A stretch of DNA of 60,241 nt, filler included, from Stramenopiles sp. TOSAG23-3 (lineage: Eukaryota), in the NCBI GenBank assembly GCA_900128585.1. It is 6 parts of 6 records of this genome, joined end to end, with 100 filler letters (N's around TTAATTAATTAA, not from the genome) between each part and the next. Parts side by side here need not be neighbours in the genome. Positions count along the whole stretch, not along the records: positions 18,189 to 36,195 come from LT642435.1; positions 36,296 to 54,256 come from LT642436.1; 4 more parts are not named here. One strand, written 5' to 3'. Shown here in pieces: positions 34,101-43,597 of this stretch. Each line of letters opens with the position of its first letter. Positions within the stretch are counted from its first letter, which is position 1. Under the pieces are notes generated by a model. That model was not told the DNA's origin and did not search any database. It worked only from the letters and a program-made list of their open reading frames with translations. The position numbers and the translations under genes were made by a program.

Positions 34101-34230
34101 GAAAACTAATGAATTCTTGCACATCCTTCTTGCGACCCAGATCAAGCGAGCGCACGATTCAGTGCAGCACATCACGGACGTCCTTTTGAGGCTTGACTAT
34201 AACCATTTTTACAAGAACAGTCTGGCGTGA
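31177..34230 (+). CDS. TUBGCP5: Gamma-tubulin complex component, GCP5-like (Spc97/Spc98 family); true 5' end uncertain
   Basis: PYIHLLQSWLHSGLLVD.HGDFFV, VPSFLKPIAREIYLAGKS, LKLTYHAPWPLNIVI...YNDI...LIQVKRVKY.LD, LMHFINNLHNYLM and LLRLDYNHFY. Confidence 0.85.
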   Translation: MLCFSCFLVCFGSLCLCLRLRMSTSVSTLLERAVYTNEADVIVESFACLRGFPGDMYTTPERLVAQETTGYVDAHSPSAAADDSGEPKFQPNRDLRLSHVSAEALLEAMAFVSTLAAALDRLRQFSKNYSQGDVSRGIVWQTFAYAIGLYIFDIEGRLIGLEREFHASASESNGSQPTLLKLRGCLQPVRDSVAFVENIVETVVAEVKHDRIDATLHASKTLSVLYGFLGEATLLFNGDDGLKGKYETLYPLCRKHDGGASQEPCFRPVDVLADLNVALSIFATTLNPYIHLLQSWLHSGLLVDVHGDFFVTPGRAEGTDGAHGRRRRRGKVVRGAFSPLPKAHQFQDGPGGEPARCGAAGPNAPAIDEAFWDEGYIFEEAFVPSFLKPIAREIYLAGKSIAVMRTMSTTTFATAAQNTVASSKLNISLHATATNGARAAPGGDERSNIFEVFAAHMSKFLPDEHQFARHRHVASLSTTGHPGSEGFRKRRVEVNEMFFNDEGPRFQHFQVDDMRNNGWLTAAEENMYGRGGNLLNDDTGSFLGRTVDFYMRDGELQGRIPAHPVRAARGREDGPAPTDKSPDPGGEQGPALFESVHSVLIGGPFISELSVNHLWTGAATRTSEDMLGSFNATEVLKVSLTRPVRRLCFQENFAFVKMFREELSLIPVLDSLRVCYFFSDVQVMEPFLLKLFGQVDTAVTDWVRTLTINFRDNLEAHGAAKLSFDPDHWDATIFSEGGDGPENGDQRAHDSYDGIGALDNLKLTYHAPWPLNIVIGRESLQFYNDIMRTLIQVKRVKYQLDNLHHELRHEIITLEKEAAGEVYFLPRDAEFRSHAHSNMLFIGRLMHFINNLHNYLMERCVYGEWDDMTQAMMEAASVDDLREVHLSYLRRLHEQCLLNPKAKVVAIQIRKILNISLQCVGAIKRWIRLGSQRVEWEGDQVRRQEHVPYSAMPIEENRGLTQSLIHLDDLQLRFKKTNEFLHILLATQIKRAHDSVQHITDVLLRLDYNHFYKNSLA

Positions 34231-34435
34231 GGACGAAACACGATGGACTCGGTCCCAAAAATGTGTGGGTGTGGTGTGGAAAGCGTGCGTGTAATAAAAT
34301 TAACCCTAAAAAAACAATTTAATTGTTACAAGATAAATTCAAAACGAGCGACGTACGCGTGTGCTGCGTTAGCTTATGCAAATTCTTGGTCCCCCTTTAC
34401 GTATAGATACGAGAGGCCCCGCCCCCCAACCCCCC

Positions 34436-35416
34436 TCACTGATCCTCAAACCCATCTTTCGTTATTTCGAATAGGTTTTCATTCTCTACTTCGCCGGATG
34501 TATTTACAAACGTCGCCTTTCTTTTCTTGTGAACTTCGCCCCGGGATAGTTTCAAGCGGTAGAACTGGTCCGATTTTGAACCTAACTTGACGACTGGTTT
34601 GACTGCATTCTTTCGTGCACTACTGACAAAGCTGTTGCCCCCAGCGCTGGACCCTTCGCCATCGTATTTTCTACCCCCTTGCTGCTTTTTCTTTGCGCCC
34701 ATGTCCGCTACAACGTCGTTGACGAGAATGACCGTGCACTTCTTCATCTCTTGGAACGCTTTTACATCATTCAAAACGTTCGAAAGCAACAGCTTTGCCG
34801 ACGCCCCCGTCGGTTTTGCACCATTCCCACCGTTTTTGCCGGGCCCATCTTCGCCTTCTTTTCGTGCCGAAAATTTCCCGTCCTTGATGTTCGACCGGGT
34901 GGTCTTGAAGGCGCATCCTAAGCTATCGATCAGCAAGAGCTTCACGTTCGAAAACTGGCGGGCACGATTCAACAATCTCTGGACTTCTTCCAACGTCTTG
35001 CTCCGTACCGGGGCAACTCTTACTTGGTCCGTACACAAGTTTTCGTTGTAACCCTTCGATCGCGCGATATCTGTAATTCTCGTCGCTCGAAACGAACCGC
35101 TGACGTCGATCCAGACGACTGTAGAGTTTCGTTTGGACGCGGTCTCTGTCGCAAAGTTGAAGCAAAGCTGTGTCTTCCCGGTCGCCGCCTTTCCGAAAAT
35201 TTCAAGAGTTTTCCCATCGATGCCTTCGTTCGGCAGCAGCGAGTCAATGCAGTCGCACCCTGCAAGAACGTGTTTGTGCCTTGTGAGCGGTGTTTCTGAA
35301 GCGGGCGTTTCCGCCTTACGTTTTCTGCTCGAACCACCGGATGATGTCGCAGCGGCAGTATTTGGTGGGATCTCGCCCAACGCCGAACGGCGTGTTTTGG
35401 TGTCTGAATTTGGCAT
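34436..35416 (-). CDS. RAD51 paralogue / RecA-family ATPase
   Basis: GCDCIDSLL..GI....LEIFGKAATGKTQLC (Walker A), VVWIDVSGSF...RI, LLLIDS (Walker B), VILVN.V. Confidence 0.85.
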   Translation of the reverse strand: MPNSDTKTRRSALGEIPPNTAAATSSGGSSRKRKAETPASETPLTRHKHVLAGCDCIDSLLPNEGIDGKTLEIFGKAATGKTQLCFNFATETASKRNSTVVWIDVSGSFRATRITDIARSKGYNENLCTDQVRVAPVRSKTLEEVQRLLNRARQFSNVKLLLIDSLGCAFKTTRSNIKDGKFSARKEGEDGPGKNGGNGAKPTGASAKLLLSNVLNDVKAFQEMKKCTVILVNDVVADMGAKKKQQGGRKYDGEGSSAGGNSFVSSARKNAVKPVVKLGSKSDQFYRLKLSRGEVHKKRKATFVNTSGEVENENLFEITKDGFEDQ

Positions 35417-36195
35417 TTGTGAAGCAACTAATGGTTCAATATGGTTCGTTTTCCTCGTGCGTGGTTTTGAATAGGAAAATAGTTTAAAATAGGAAATCGT
35501 TACGCTTACACAACGCTTTCAATTTGAAAAAGATTTCTCTTAATCTTGTTTTCATTATTTTTCTTTTCTTGAATTGTTGAATTGTGAATATAATAATAAT
35601 AATAAAAAAAATATTATAATAATAATCACAATATGGGGAAGAAGATATCCCTCTCCTAGGCATAACAGACAGCTGAACTGTCTGTTAATTTATATAGAAT
35701 GAACTATACTTAGAGTATACGTGGTATACGTGGTGGTAAATTATTTCGACCTCAAAATTAACAGACAGTAAAACAGACAGCTGAATGCTATTGCACCCTA
35801 GATCAATTAAGTATTTAGGTGTCCTACGAGGTGTGTTCATCTTTTATTATTATATAATTCTTTGTGTTATTTTGGATTTGTTTTCGCGCCACGGACACTG
35901 AACACTTTATAACAGCTGTCTACGATAGCAATTAACTTATTAAAAAAAACATCGGTCGTGTTTTTATTTTTCTAAAACGAGGGACCTATTAGCATAGGAA
36001 GAGCATTAAGTATTTTTTTAACTAAATTAGACGATTATTTCGTTAGCGATTATAGCCATTATAGTACATATGAAGTATCCAATCTTTTAGATACATTATT
36101 TACATGTTGAAAATGGATATTATTCTTTGAAAATACTGGGTTACCAGATTTGATATGTATTATTAAACATACAAAAAACTCAAGGATCGACTCTT

Positions 36196-36295
36196 NNNNN
36201 NNNNNNNNNNNNNNNNNNNNNNNNNNNNNNNNNNNNNNNTTAATTAATTAANNNNNNNNNNNNNNNNNNNNNNNNNNNNNNNNNNNNNNNNNNNN
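36196..36295. other. Artificial contig linker
   Basis: N-TTAATTAATTAA-N spacer. Confidence 0.98.
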
Positions 36296-36420
36296 TAGTC
36301 AACACTAAGTGACAAGGGGACCAAAAAGAGCGAAGATAAGTTCGCAGTACATGAAGGAATGTAAACCTCGAATGTCTAAATCTAGAGTTCAGTTCGCAAT
36401 AATATTAATTTCAATTGTAA

Positions 36421-36668
36421 AAAATTGGCTGGTTATTTAAGTAAACTTAAATAACAGCCAATTTTCTTGTTTTAAAATTTATCTGGTCGTCGCAGTAAAT
36501 TAATTTTAATTACTACTTAAATAACAGCCAATTTTCTTGATTTTAATTTATCTGTCTATCAATGAGACGAAATTACAGAATCAAGTTAGGATTAGGGTAC
36601 GACGAAGCTAAATTTAATTACTTAAATAACAAATAACAGCCAATTTTCTTGTTTTTAATTTATCTGTC
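36421..36668 (-). repeat. Cluster of the dispersed AAGAAAATTGGCTGTTATTTAAGT repeat (three minus-strand copies plus one inverted copy)
   Basis: ACTTAAATAACAGCCAATTTTCTTG-type units at ~36445, 36515 and 36620-36650. 36588-36630 is the near reverse complement of 6289-6331. Confidence 0.8.
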
Positions 36669-36800
36669 TTCGTATACCGCGAAAGTGAATCTGCTCCGTT
36701 TGTCCATTAAAGGTTAAGTAAAATTACTATTAATTTAGTAAACTCCCTGTTAACATAAATTCATCGCTTTTGATACACACAAAATGTCCTTACTGGTGCT

Positions 36801-38333
36801 TCAAACCGCATTGCTCTCCCGTGCTTCGATGACAACGCGCCGAGCTAATGTGTGCATGTCCAGTACAGTTTTCTCACGTAATACGCCGGGCTCAATTTTT
36901 GCTTGGAACCTTCCGCCCTTTCCTCCTCCACGAGCGTTCCCGAGAGCGGCAGCCAAGGCTTTGCCGACTAGAGGTACAATGCCTGCGGCTCCCTCAAGCA
37001 TGAACGCTCCCGGCTTTTGATTGCTTCCGATGGAAACCAAGTACACAAAGCCGTCTTCTGGCAAACAGTCAAAAGTTTTTGACGTGTACTCTTTCACCGC
37101 TTCTTTTGCAGCCCTCAGGAAGGATTTCATGAAATCTGGCGTTCCTTCCTCCAAGTGAAAATATACAATTCCATCTACTAGCTCTGGATGATGGGTAACG
37201 TTTGCATTCAGAGACGCTATAGTTCGCAACAAGTTTTTCTCCGTTCTCCCAGACTCCTTTACCCCACCAAGAATTTCTTCAACACGAGATGCATGCTGCT
37301 GGCTTGGACACGTTAGCACAGATGTAAGTTTTCTAGAGGTTTCGTTCAGCTCCCCTAATCTTTGAAGCACGCGAGACCCGGCGACAAACCAAACCCTTGT
37401 ACTGTTTTGCTCTTTTCCTTTTTCTGTGTACAGTAGTTTTATGGCTTGTAAGTGCCCCGTGGATTGCATGTGTGTCCCGCAGCACGCATTTTTGTCTACG
37501 CCGTCAATCGTTACAACACGCATAGGCATTTCATTGCTTGCATTAATGCCTTTCGCATGGTGTCTTACACCCCCATCTGCGAAGTCTTCCCGTTCCATTA
37601 TGGAGGGCGTAACGCTATGGGATTCCAGAATTTGCTCATTAATAGCTTGCTCCAACCCACCGAGCTGTTCGCTGTTGATTTTGTTAGCGGCAAGGTCCAG
37701 GTAACATGGCTTCGGAAACGCTGTAAGATTCCACGAAAGCGTTTTCCACGAATATTCTTTCAATGCTATGGCAGTAATTAAATGTTGGCCAGTGTGCTGG
37801 CTCATGTGGTCTTTTCTTCGGTTTTGGTTCACCTCACAAGTCACTGGCACTGGGTCACACGGTACTGGCAAGGTTGTATAATGCAGTACAATTTTACCCC
37901 CGGGGCCGATGCGTTGCACATTTACTACCGGGACTTTTTGCGCAGACCCCTCGTTATCGATATAAGAAAGGTGACCTGTGTCGTGGGGTTGTCCACCACC
38001 CGTAGGAAAAAATACCGTGTTGGACAGAACAACCCCAAATTTGGCTGCTTCCACGTCTCCAGTCTTCGCGCTTTCTTCTTCGGCCTGGACTTTCTTCTTT
38101 TTCTTCTTCTTCTTCTTTTTTGCTCCTTCGTCGTCTCCCTCAGGTTTACCGATTGAATACAATTTTGCCCATTCGCTTAAAGGCATACACTTTACCACAG
38201 TTGTATCAAAATCGAAAAGATACGAATCTTGTTGGCATGCTAGTATCCAAGGTAACGTCGAGACATATTCTTCGTCTGGGTGGGCGGCTTCTTGGTGCAT
38301 ACCTTCACTCGCAACGGCTGCCATCATGGACAC
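36801..38333 (-). CDS. AARSD1: Alanyl-tRNA editing protein (AlaX/AARSD1)
   Basis: LACQQDSY, NTVFFPTGGGQPHDTG, zinc ligands HMSQHTGQH and CCGTH, C-terminal GGGKGGRFQAK. Confidence 0.92.
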   Translation of the reverse strand: MSMMAAVASEGMHQEAAHPDEEYVSTLPWILACQQDSYLFDFDTTVVKCMPLSEWAKLYSIGKPEGDDEGAKKKKKKKKKKVQAEEESAKTGDVEAAKFGVVLSNTVFFPTGGGQPHDTGHLSYIDNEGSAQKVPVVNVQRIGPGGKIVLHYTTLPVPCDPVPVTCEVNQNRRKDHMSQHTGQHLITAIALKEYSWKTLSWNLTAFPKPCYLDLAANKINSEQLGGLEQAINEQILESHSVTPSIMEREDFADGGVRHHAKGINASNEMPMRVVTIDGVDKNACCGTHMQSTGHLQAIKLLYTEKGKEQNSTRVWFVAGSRVLQRLGELNETSRKLTSVLTCPSQQHASRVEEILGGVKESGRTEKNLLRTIASLNANVTHHPELVDGIVYFHLEEGTPDFMKSFLRAAKEAVKEYTSKTFDCLPEDGFVYLVSIGSNQKPGAFMLEGAAGIVPLVGKALAAALGNARGGGKGGRFQAKIEPGVLREKTVLDMHTLARRVVIEARESNAV

Positions 38334-38709
38334 AATCCAATATACGAGTATATATACAGCTTATTTTTCACTGTGTAAATCGTTTGGTCGTAAAAAGAAA
38401 TTGCTCTGAACTGTTCATCAAAATTAAAATAATCACGTATGACATCATGTTCGGTTTGACTGTATGACTGTGACACAGGTATGATGTCTTCGTCGACACA
38501 CTTCTTTTTTTGTCGTTGTTGACTATTAATAGACTAGTATGCGATGATGTGTACCTGGTACCAGGTACAGGTACCGTACCTGGTACCGGTACCGATAAAA
38601 TCCACCGTACCGGTACGGAATAATAATACCTTGGTAGTAGAAGAAGTAAGATGAATAATTTTTAATAATATAATTTTATTTTATAATTTGTTCATCCGCG
38701 GAGCGAACC

Positions 38710-39918
38710 TCACAAGGCGTCCTTTGCGCTACCACCTTCGTTTCCCCCTTCTTCTTCCGCTTTGTTCATGACCGCCAAAGACACCTCAACTGGCGCAACA
38801 TCATGGGCTTCGAGGACAGTGTTCTGCACGGGTTTCCCGTCGGTAATCCCATATTTTTTATTCTTTAAATACTTTTTGTACCCCACAAGAAATCCTGCAA
38901 AGAAAATGATCAGAATTCCAAAGACAGTAAACGGATTAATTGCTTCATGGAACAAGAAGAGCTGCCAAAACGGCGCAAAGACCAAATCGACAAGTCGCAT
39001 CATACTTCCTGGCCCTGCATTTTCGATCTTCAACCCTATGGTTTTAAACATTTGCCCGAAATACCCCAGCAATCCCATCGCAAGAAGTGTAAATACATCC
39101 CCTGCTGATTCCGGCCACAAAAACACTTGCCGTTCGGGCATGAACAGTGCAAGGATCGAGGAGCCAATGATGGCAGCCACCATCAACCAGAAGACAGTGA
39201 CCATGGCGTCAATGTGCTTCAATTTTCGCACGAGCAAGTTTGTTCCGGCGCTGGCAATGGCACCAAATATTCCAATCATAACCACAAGGCCTCGCGGGAT
39301 CCCATCAGTAGTTTCTCTTTTGTTACCTTCCTTTTGCTCAAACCCCAAAAATGATGGTCGCGACACTAAAATCAACCCTACCATGCCGCAAAAGAGCGCC
39401 AGGGCGTCGATTCTGCCAAAGTGCTCGCGAAGTAAGCAAAACGCCAGGGCGGACGTCCAGAAAGGCGCGGTAAACACGATGACCGTGGCATCACTAAGCG
39501 GAATCTCTGAGACAATCATCCAGTTGCAAAGCATTCCAGTGACACCCACGGTGCTTCGTGAAAAAAGCAGCAGGCGGGTGTTTCTATCGGTCGGGAATAG
39601 GTCAGACCCTTTTCGCTTGACGTACAAGTACGCACAAATAACACACAAAATGCCTCTGATCAGCACGAGCTGGGAGAACGGAAAATGGTCACCGCCTTTG
39701 GAACGCGCAAGCAAAGCCACCAGCATGCTCATGGTCGAAAAGCACACTGCACTCATAAACATGTAAAACAACCCCAAATACGTGCCGCAGACGGAACTGC
39801 ATGGCATGTCCATATTGGAATTGTGGTAGTTGTACTTTGGTTTTGGCTTTGTTGGGACCACCACCGCACTGCCCTCCCCCTCCGCCTTTTCTAAATTTTC
39901 ATACTTCTCTGCTGCCAT
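38710..39918 (-). CDS. EamA/DMT family transporter (SLC35G-like)
   Basis: About 10 hydrophobic segments. IPLSDATVIVFTAPFWT...LLREH, G.ILVSRP.FL and GQ...T.GLK.E.AG motifs. Confidence 0.88.
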   Translation of the reverse strand: MAAEKYENLEKAEGEGSAVVVPTKPKPKYNYHNSNMDMPCSSVCGTYLGLFYMFMSAVCFSTMSMLVALLARSKGGDHFPFSQLVLIRGILCVICAYLYVKRKGSDLFPTDRNTRLLLFSRSTVGVTGMLCNWMIVSEIPLSDATVIVFTAPFWTSALAFCLLREHFGRIDALALFCGMVGLILVSRPSFLGFEQKEGNKRETTDGIPRGLVVMIGIFGAIASAGTNLLVRKLKHIDAMVTVFWLMVAAIIGSSILALFMPERQVFLWPESAGDVFTLLAMGLLGYFGQMFKTIGLKIENAGPGSMMRLVDLVFAPFWQLFLFHEAINPFTVFGILIIFFAGFLVGYKKYLKNKKYGITDGKPVQNTVLEAHDVAPVEVSLAVMNKAEEEGGNEGGSAKDAL

Positions 39919-40925
39919 TGCTTAAATACGGAAAAATAGGCAAACGGAAGATTCACAGATTTCGAATACCTTCTCTGACTTTCTACGGGATGTATTAGAT
40001 CATTATTTTGCAGTGGATACCTTTAAAATCGCTTTCATTCAATGAATGGTCCAACCTTGATAATTGATATTATTGTATTCCATTGGATGGAGGTCATCTC
40101 TTCTTTTCTTCTCTCCTTGCAGTAGCACCAGTAATGTAGGATATTTTTTCCTTTTTGTTTTTTGTTTGTTTTATTATTGTAGTATTAATAGTTATTTATA
40201 ATAAAATATCTTTTTTTTCTTCTTTTTTTTTCTTTCTGTTGTCTGTTGTTGTGTTGTTTTCTAAAAATTCATTTCTTCTTTTCTTTCTTCTTCTTTCTAA
40301 AAAATTTATAATAATAATAAAAAAATAATAAAATAATGTAATACTGTATTATACAGTGTAATAATAATGAATTTTCATTGTTTTTTTAAAATATTAGACT
40401 ATTAATAATAAATTGAGATGATGATTATTGATGATGAATAATGTGAAAACTATATAAAGATGAAAACCTTATGCTAATGCTGTGTATATATATATAGTGT
40501 ATATAATAATAGTATTAATATTATTCCAACCACCCATTGTGTCACTCATAATTATTTGTTTTGTGCACAGGCAAATAACAACAATGCAAACAAACACAAC
40601 ATTTTCTAATTTTCTTTGTAGGTAGATCGTCGGAATATAAATTATTATTTTTATTTTAATAACGATTTTATGAGAGCATAATACATACTACCGGACACAC
40701 TGTTGTAGTATTAATAATTAAACGAACTTTAATAATAATACATTTGATCATAACAAATAAGTCATTGCATCATAATTGTATCAATGGTGGTAACTATCCT
40801 CGTGTGAATGATTGCAGTGCGAATTTTCTTCAGTCGATAGGATAGGAATAGAAAAAGCACCAGGTGCAACAGCTCATCAAAAATATTTGAAGAAACAAAA
40901 AAGGGTAGAGAGAGAGAGAGACGTG

Positions 40926-41693
40926 ATGTCGTTCTTGTGCAATTACTTTACGGCGAAAACATGTGTGCGGTTTGTGGAACTGTCCGGTTGCTTGGTAGCG
41001 CTCGTCATGTTTTTGCATGATGTTGGTGCGGGCGAATGGTTCACATGGCATCCCGTGTTCATGACGTTGGGGTTTTTATTTTTCATGACGGAGGGGATAT
41101 TGACGTATTATCGCGGAGTCGCGGCGAGAGAGAACAAGGCGTCCTCAAGAAGAACGCACATGAGGTTTCAGGGCTTAGGTTTTGTGTGCGTTCTTCTTGG
41201 TTTTATAAGCATATGGCGATCCCACCAACTGATGGGCCATGAGAACTGGCCAGATGACGACCACCCGGTAATAGTTAGGTACCATATGTACATTGGCTAC
41301 CTGGTGTGCCTGTTAGTAGTGCTTCAAGTACTTGTCGGGCTGTCTAAATATTTTTGTGTGGGGGCGAGGCTGAAATGGCATGGGAAAATAGGCCCATGGA
41401 TTTGGTGGGCAGGAATGCTGAACATTATTATTGGTGCCATTTTTTGGCACGGAAAATTGATCGGGCTTCGCGTGCTCTTAAGCGCTCTGGTTGTTTGTGT
41501 GATGGGGGTCGTCGCATTTTACTTCAGAAAAGTCCAGGTTTTGCGAGCAAACGATCGTTATTCGGAGGTGGTTGGAAGCACTGAAATTGTCGACATGTTG
41601 GATGACGTTGACTTGGGGGGCTTGGAGCAAACGCACCTGGGCAGTAAGTACAAAGACGTGTTAGATAATGAAGATTTTGACGCCAAGATTTAA
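40926..41693 (+). CDS. Cytochrome b561 family protein
   Basis: Heme-ligand His motifs FTWHPVFMTLGF, TH..FQ, YH..IG and WH..IG across transmembrane helices. Likely ATG at 40926. Confidence 0.82.
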   Translation: MSFLCNYFTAKTCVRFVELSGCLVALVMFLHDVGAGEWFTWHPVFMTLGFLFFMTEGILTYYRGVAARENKASSRRTHMRFQGLGFVCVLLGFISIWRSHQLMGHENWPDDDHPVIVRYHMYIGYLVCLLVVLQVLVGLSKYFCVGARLKWHGKIGPWIWWAGMLNIIIGAIFWHGKLIGLRVLLSALVVCVMGVVAFYFRKVQVLRANDRYSEVVGSTEIVDMLDDVDLGGLEQTHLGSKYKDVLDNEDFDAKI

Positions 41694-41980
41694 AGTTTGA
41701 AAAATTTGGGCTCAAGACGTTTGTAAAAAATATGGGCCGAGTCAAATTTCATAATTAACAAGGGAAATTAATGAACACTAGTTTTTTACTTTTTAAAGGA
41801 TTGACGGAGTTCTTTTAGATCTTTCTATGCAGTTCGTTCCATTCATTTTGTCTCCCCCTCGGTGGTGAGACTTTCCTGAGAGAAAATACTTTGTTTAAAA
41901 CTTTTCCCTATCATATCATACTAGAAGATATGGGCTTTCCCCCGATGCAATATTTTGCCACGCTTGTTTTTCGGGTTTCG

Positions 41981-42685
41981 TCATCGCAACAATGGGCTAA
42001 TGTCGAAATGCTGCGCGAAAGATTCGAATGGCTCTGACGAAGGCACGCACTTGACACCTTTGGGCACAGAAAACTTGGAAGGCGCTGGATTCCTTTTATA
42101 ATTTTTCTGGAAGTTTCGAGATCCTTCCGTGTTTCCTTCACGTGGGACGGTCTCAAAGCAAGCTGTCCCAAAAACGTCAAATTTCTTTTCCACCGCAGAC
42201 TGGGAAAGGTACCAGTTCATGTTTTCTGCAGGAAATTTGAAGGGGCCCTCCTGTTTCGCTGGGCGAAGATGTTGATAGTCCGTGCTTTCCTTGCCGCCAA
42301 TTTTAATTGTGCCGTTTTTAGTAGCTTGGGCATCAAGTTGGACAAACACGAAGGGTGGATCTGCCTTGACGGTTGGAGATTTTGGTGTAATAGTAGTACA
42401 ATTAATCGGATCATTCTTGCTGTCAAAAAGAACTTTGTACACAAGATTTTCTGTCGAGTTGAAGATGCTTGAACCTGTGAAACCTTCTGGCAACGAATCA
42501 TCCCTTCTCCAGCTCAATGTTGGTGTATCCAAGCACAGGTTGTACGCGCGGGAAGAATGCACTGACCCGTTTACTTTTAGGGTCTCGACCACGTCGGCAC
42601 AGAAGGAGTCTTCGACCACGGGGGTATCAGACGCCACTAGAGCCCCGTGCAAAGCAACGCATAAAACAGCAAGATATTTTTTCAT
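41981..42685 (-). CDS. Secreted protein, possibly ependymin-related (LolA/EPDR-like fold)
   Basis: Signal peptide MKKYLAVLCVALHGALVA, beta-rich body with spaced Cys, and PSKFSVPKGVKC near the C-terminus. The family call is tentative. Confidence 0.55.
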   Translation of the reverse strand: MKKYLAVLCVALHGALVASDTPVVEDSFCADVVETLKVNGSVHSSRAYNLCLDTPTLSWRRDDSLPEGFTGSSIFNSTENLVYKVLFDSKNDPINCTTITPKSPTVKADPPFVFVQLDAQATKNGTIKIGGKESTDYQHLRPAKQEGPFKFPAENMNWYLSQSAVEKKFDVFGTACFETVPREGNTEGSRNFQKNYKRNPAPSKFSVPKGVKCVPSSEPFESFAQHFDISPLLR

Positions 42686-43369
42686 TCTGTTCAGGTTGTT
42701 TTTACTAAACTCTTTGGGTAGTATAGGTACATGTATATTCAATGAAAAGAATCCGTTGTTCATCTTTCTCTTCCCTTTTTATTTAAGTTTGTATTTTGTT
42801 AGACATTTTACCAAGGTGTGGTTGAGTGAGAAATGACTAATTATTAAATAAATAATAATTTATACTTGGTAGTATAATAATATTAATACCAGGTAGTCTG
42901 TCTGTCTCTATAAAAATAAGAAGAAGGAAGATCGATGTATATAATATTCTCACAACCTTTTATTTTACAGTCACACAGTGAGGAATTTTAATAATATCAC
43001 TACGCCTCGTATACCACTAACGAATTGAAATCAGTATGGGCACCAGTAGTTATAATTTTATCCGAAGTAGTTGTAGACGACTTCGTTTACCTCTTACAAT
43101 TAACGAAAGCTTTTGGCAGACGCTAGCAATAAATTTCCTGCATTAATTCACAAACCTTTAAGAAAACGAACTGGGGATTCCTACCTTCCCCATTTCTATA
43201 GTATACCAGAACTCGGCCTTCCTTGTCCTGCTAAACACGTTGAATTGCATCCCGGCTGTCGTCAAAATGTCCGCTCAATAGACCAGCATTCTAAAATAAC
43301 GGTTTGTAAATTAGCCATAACAACGGGGTTTTCTTTGGGCAAAGGATACCAGGCTGGAGGCTCTGGCGG

Positions 43370-43597
43370 TCATTTCCCATTTCCTAACTCTACTGAAAGC
43401 TTTTTACTCTCTTTTCTCAGCTTTTTGCTCTCTTTCCTAGCTTTTTTTTCCGCCATTTGTTTTTTTCTCAGCGCTGCCCCCTCTGCTGTGAAAAACTCAA
43501 CGTAAATTTTTCTAAAGTAAGGAGTCACGAACGCCAACCCATATACTATAATAAGCATTAGGGATGACGTGTCCATTGCTTCTTCCTCCTCCGCCAT
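43370..43597 (-). CDS. Small single-pass membrane protein with a basic tail
   Basis: ATG start, one hydrophobic segment and a K-rich helix. Confidence 0.45.
   Translation of the reverse strand: MAEEEEAMDTSSLMLIIVYGLAFVTPYFRKIYVEFFTAEGAALRKKQMAEKKARKESKKLRKESKKLSVELGNGK

Noticed and set aside
36421-36668. CRISPR-like repeat-spacer array
   Set aside because: Irregular spacing, mixed orientation, solo copies elsewhere, no cas genes and a eukaryotic context.
43255-43372. In-frame TGA read-through (selenoprotein) in the small membrane protein
   Set aside because: The frame stays open ~35 codons after the TGA, but I could not identify a SECIS or a redox motif.
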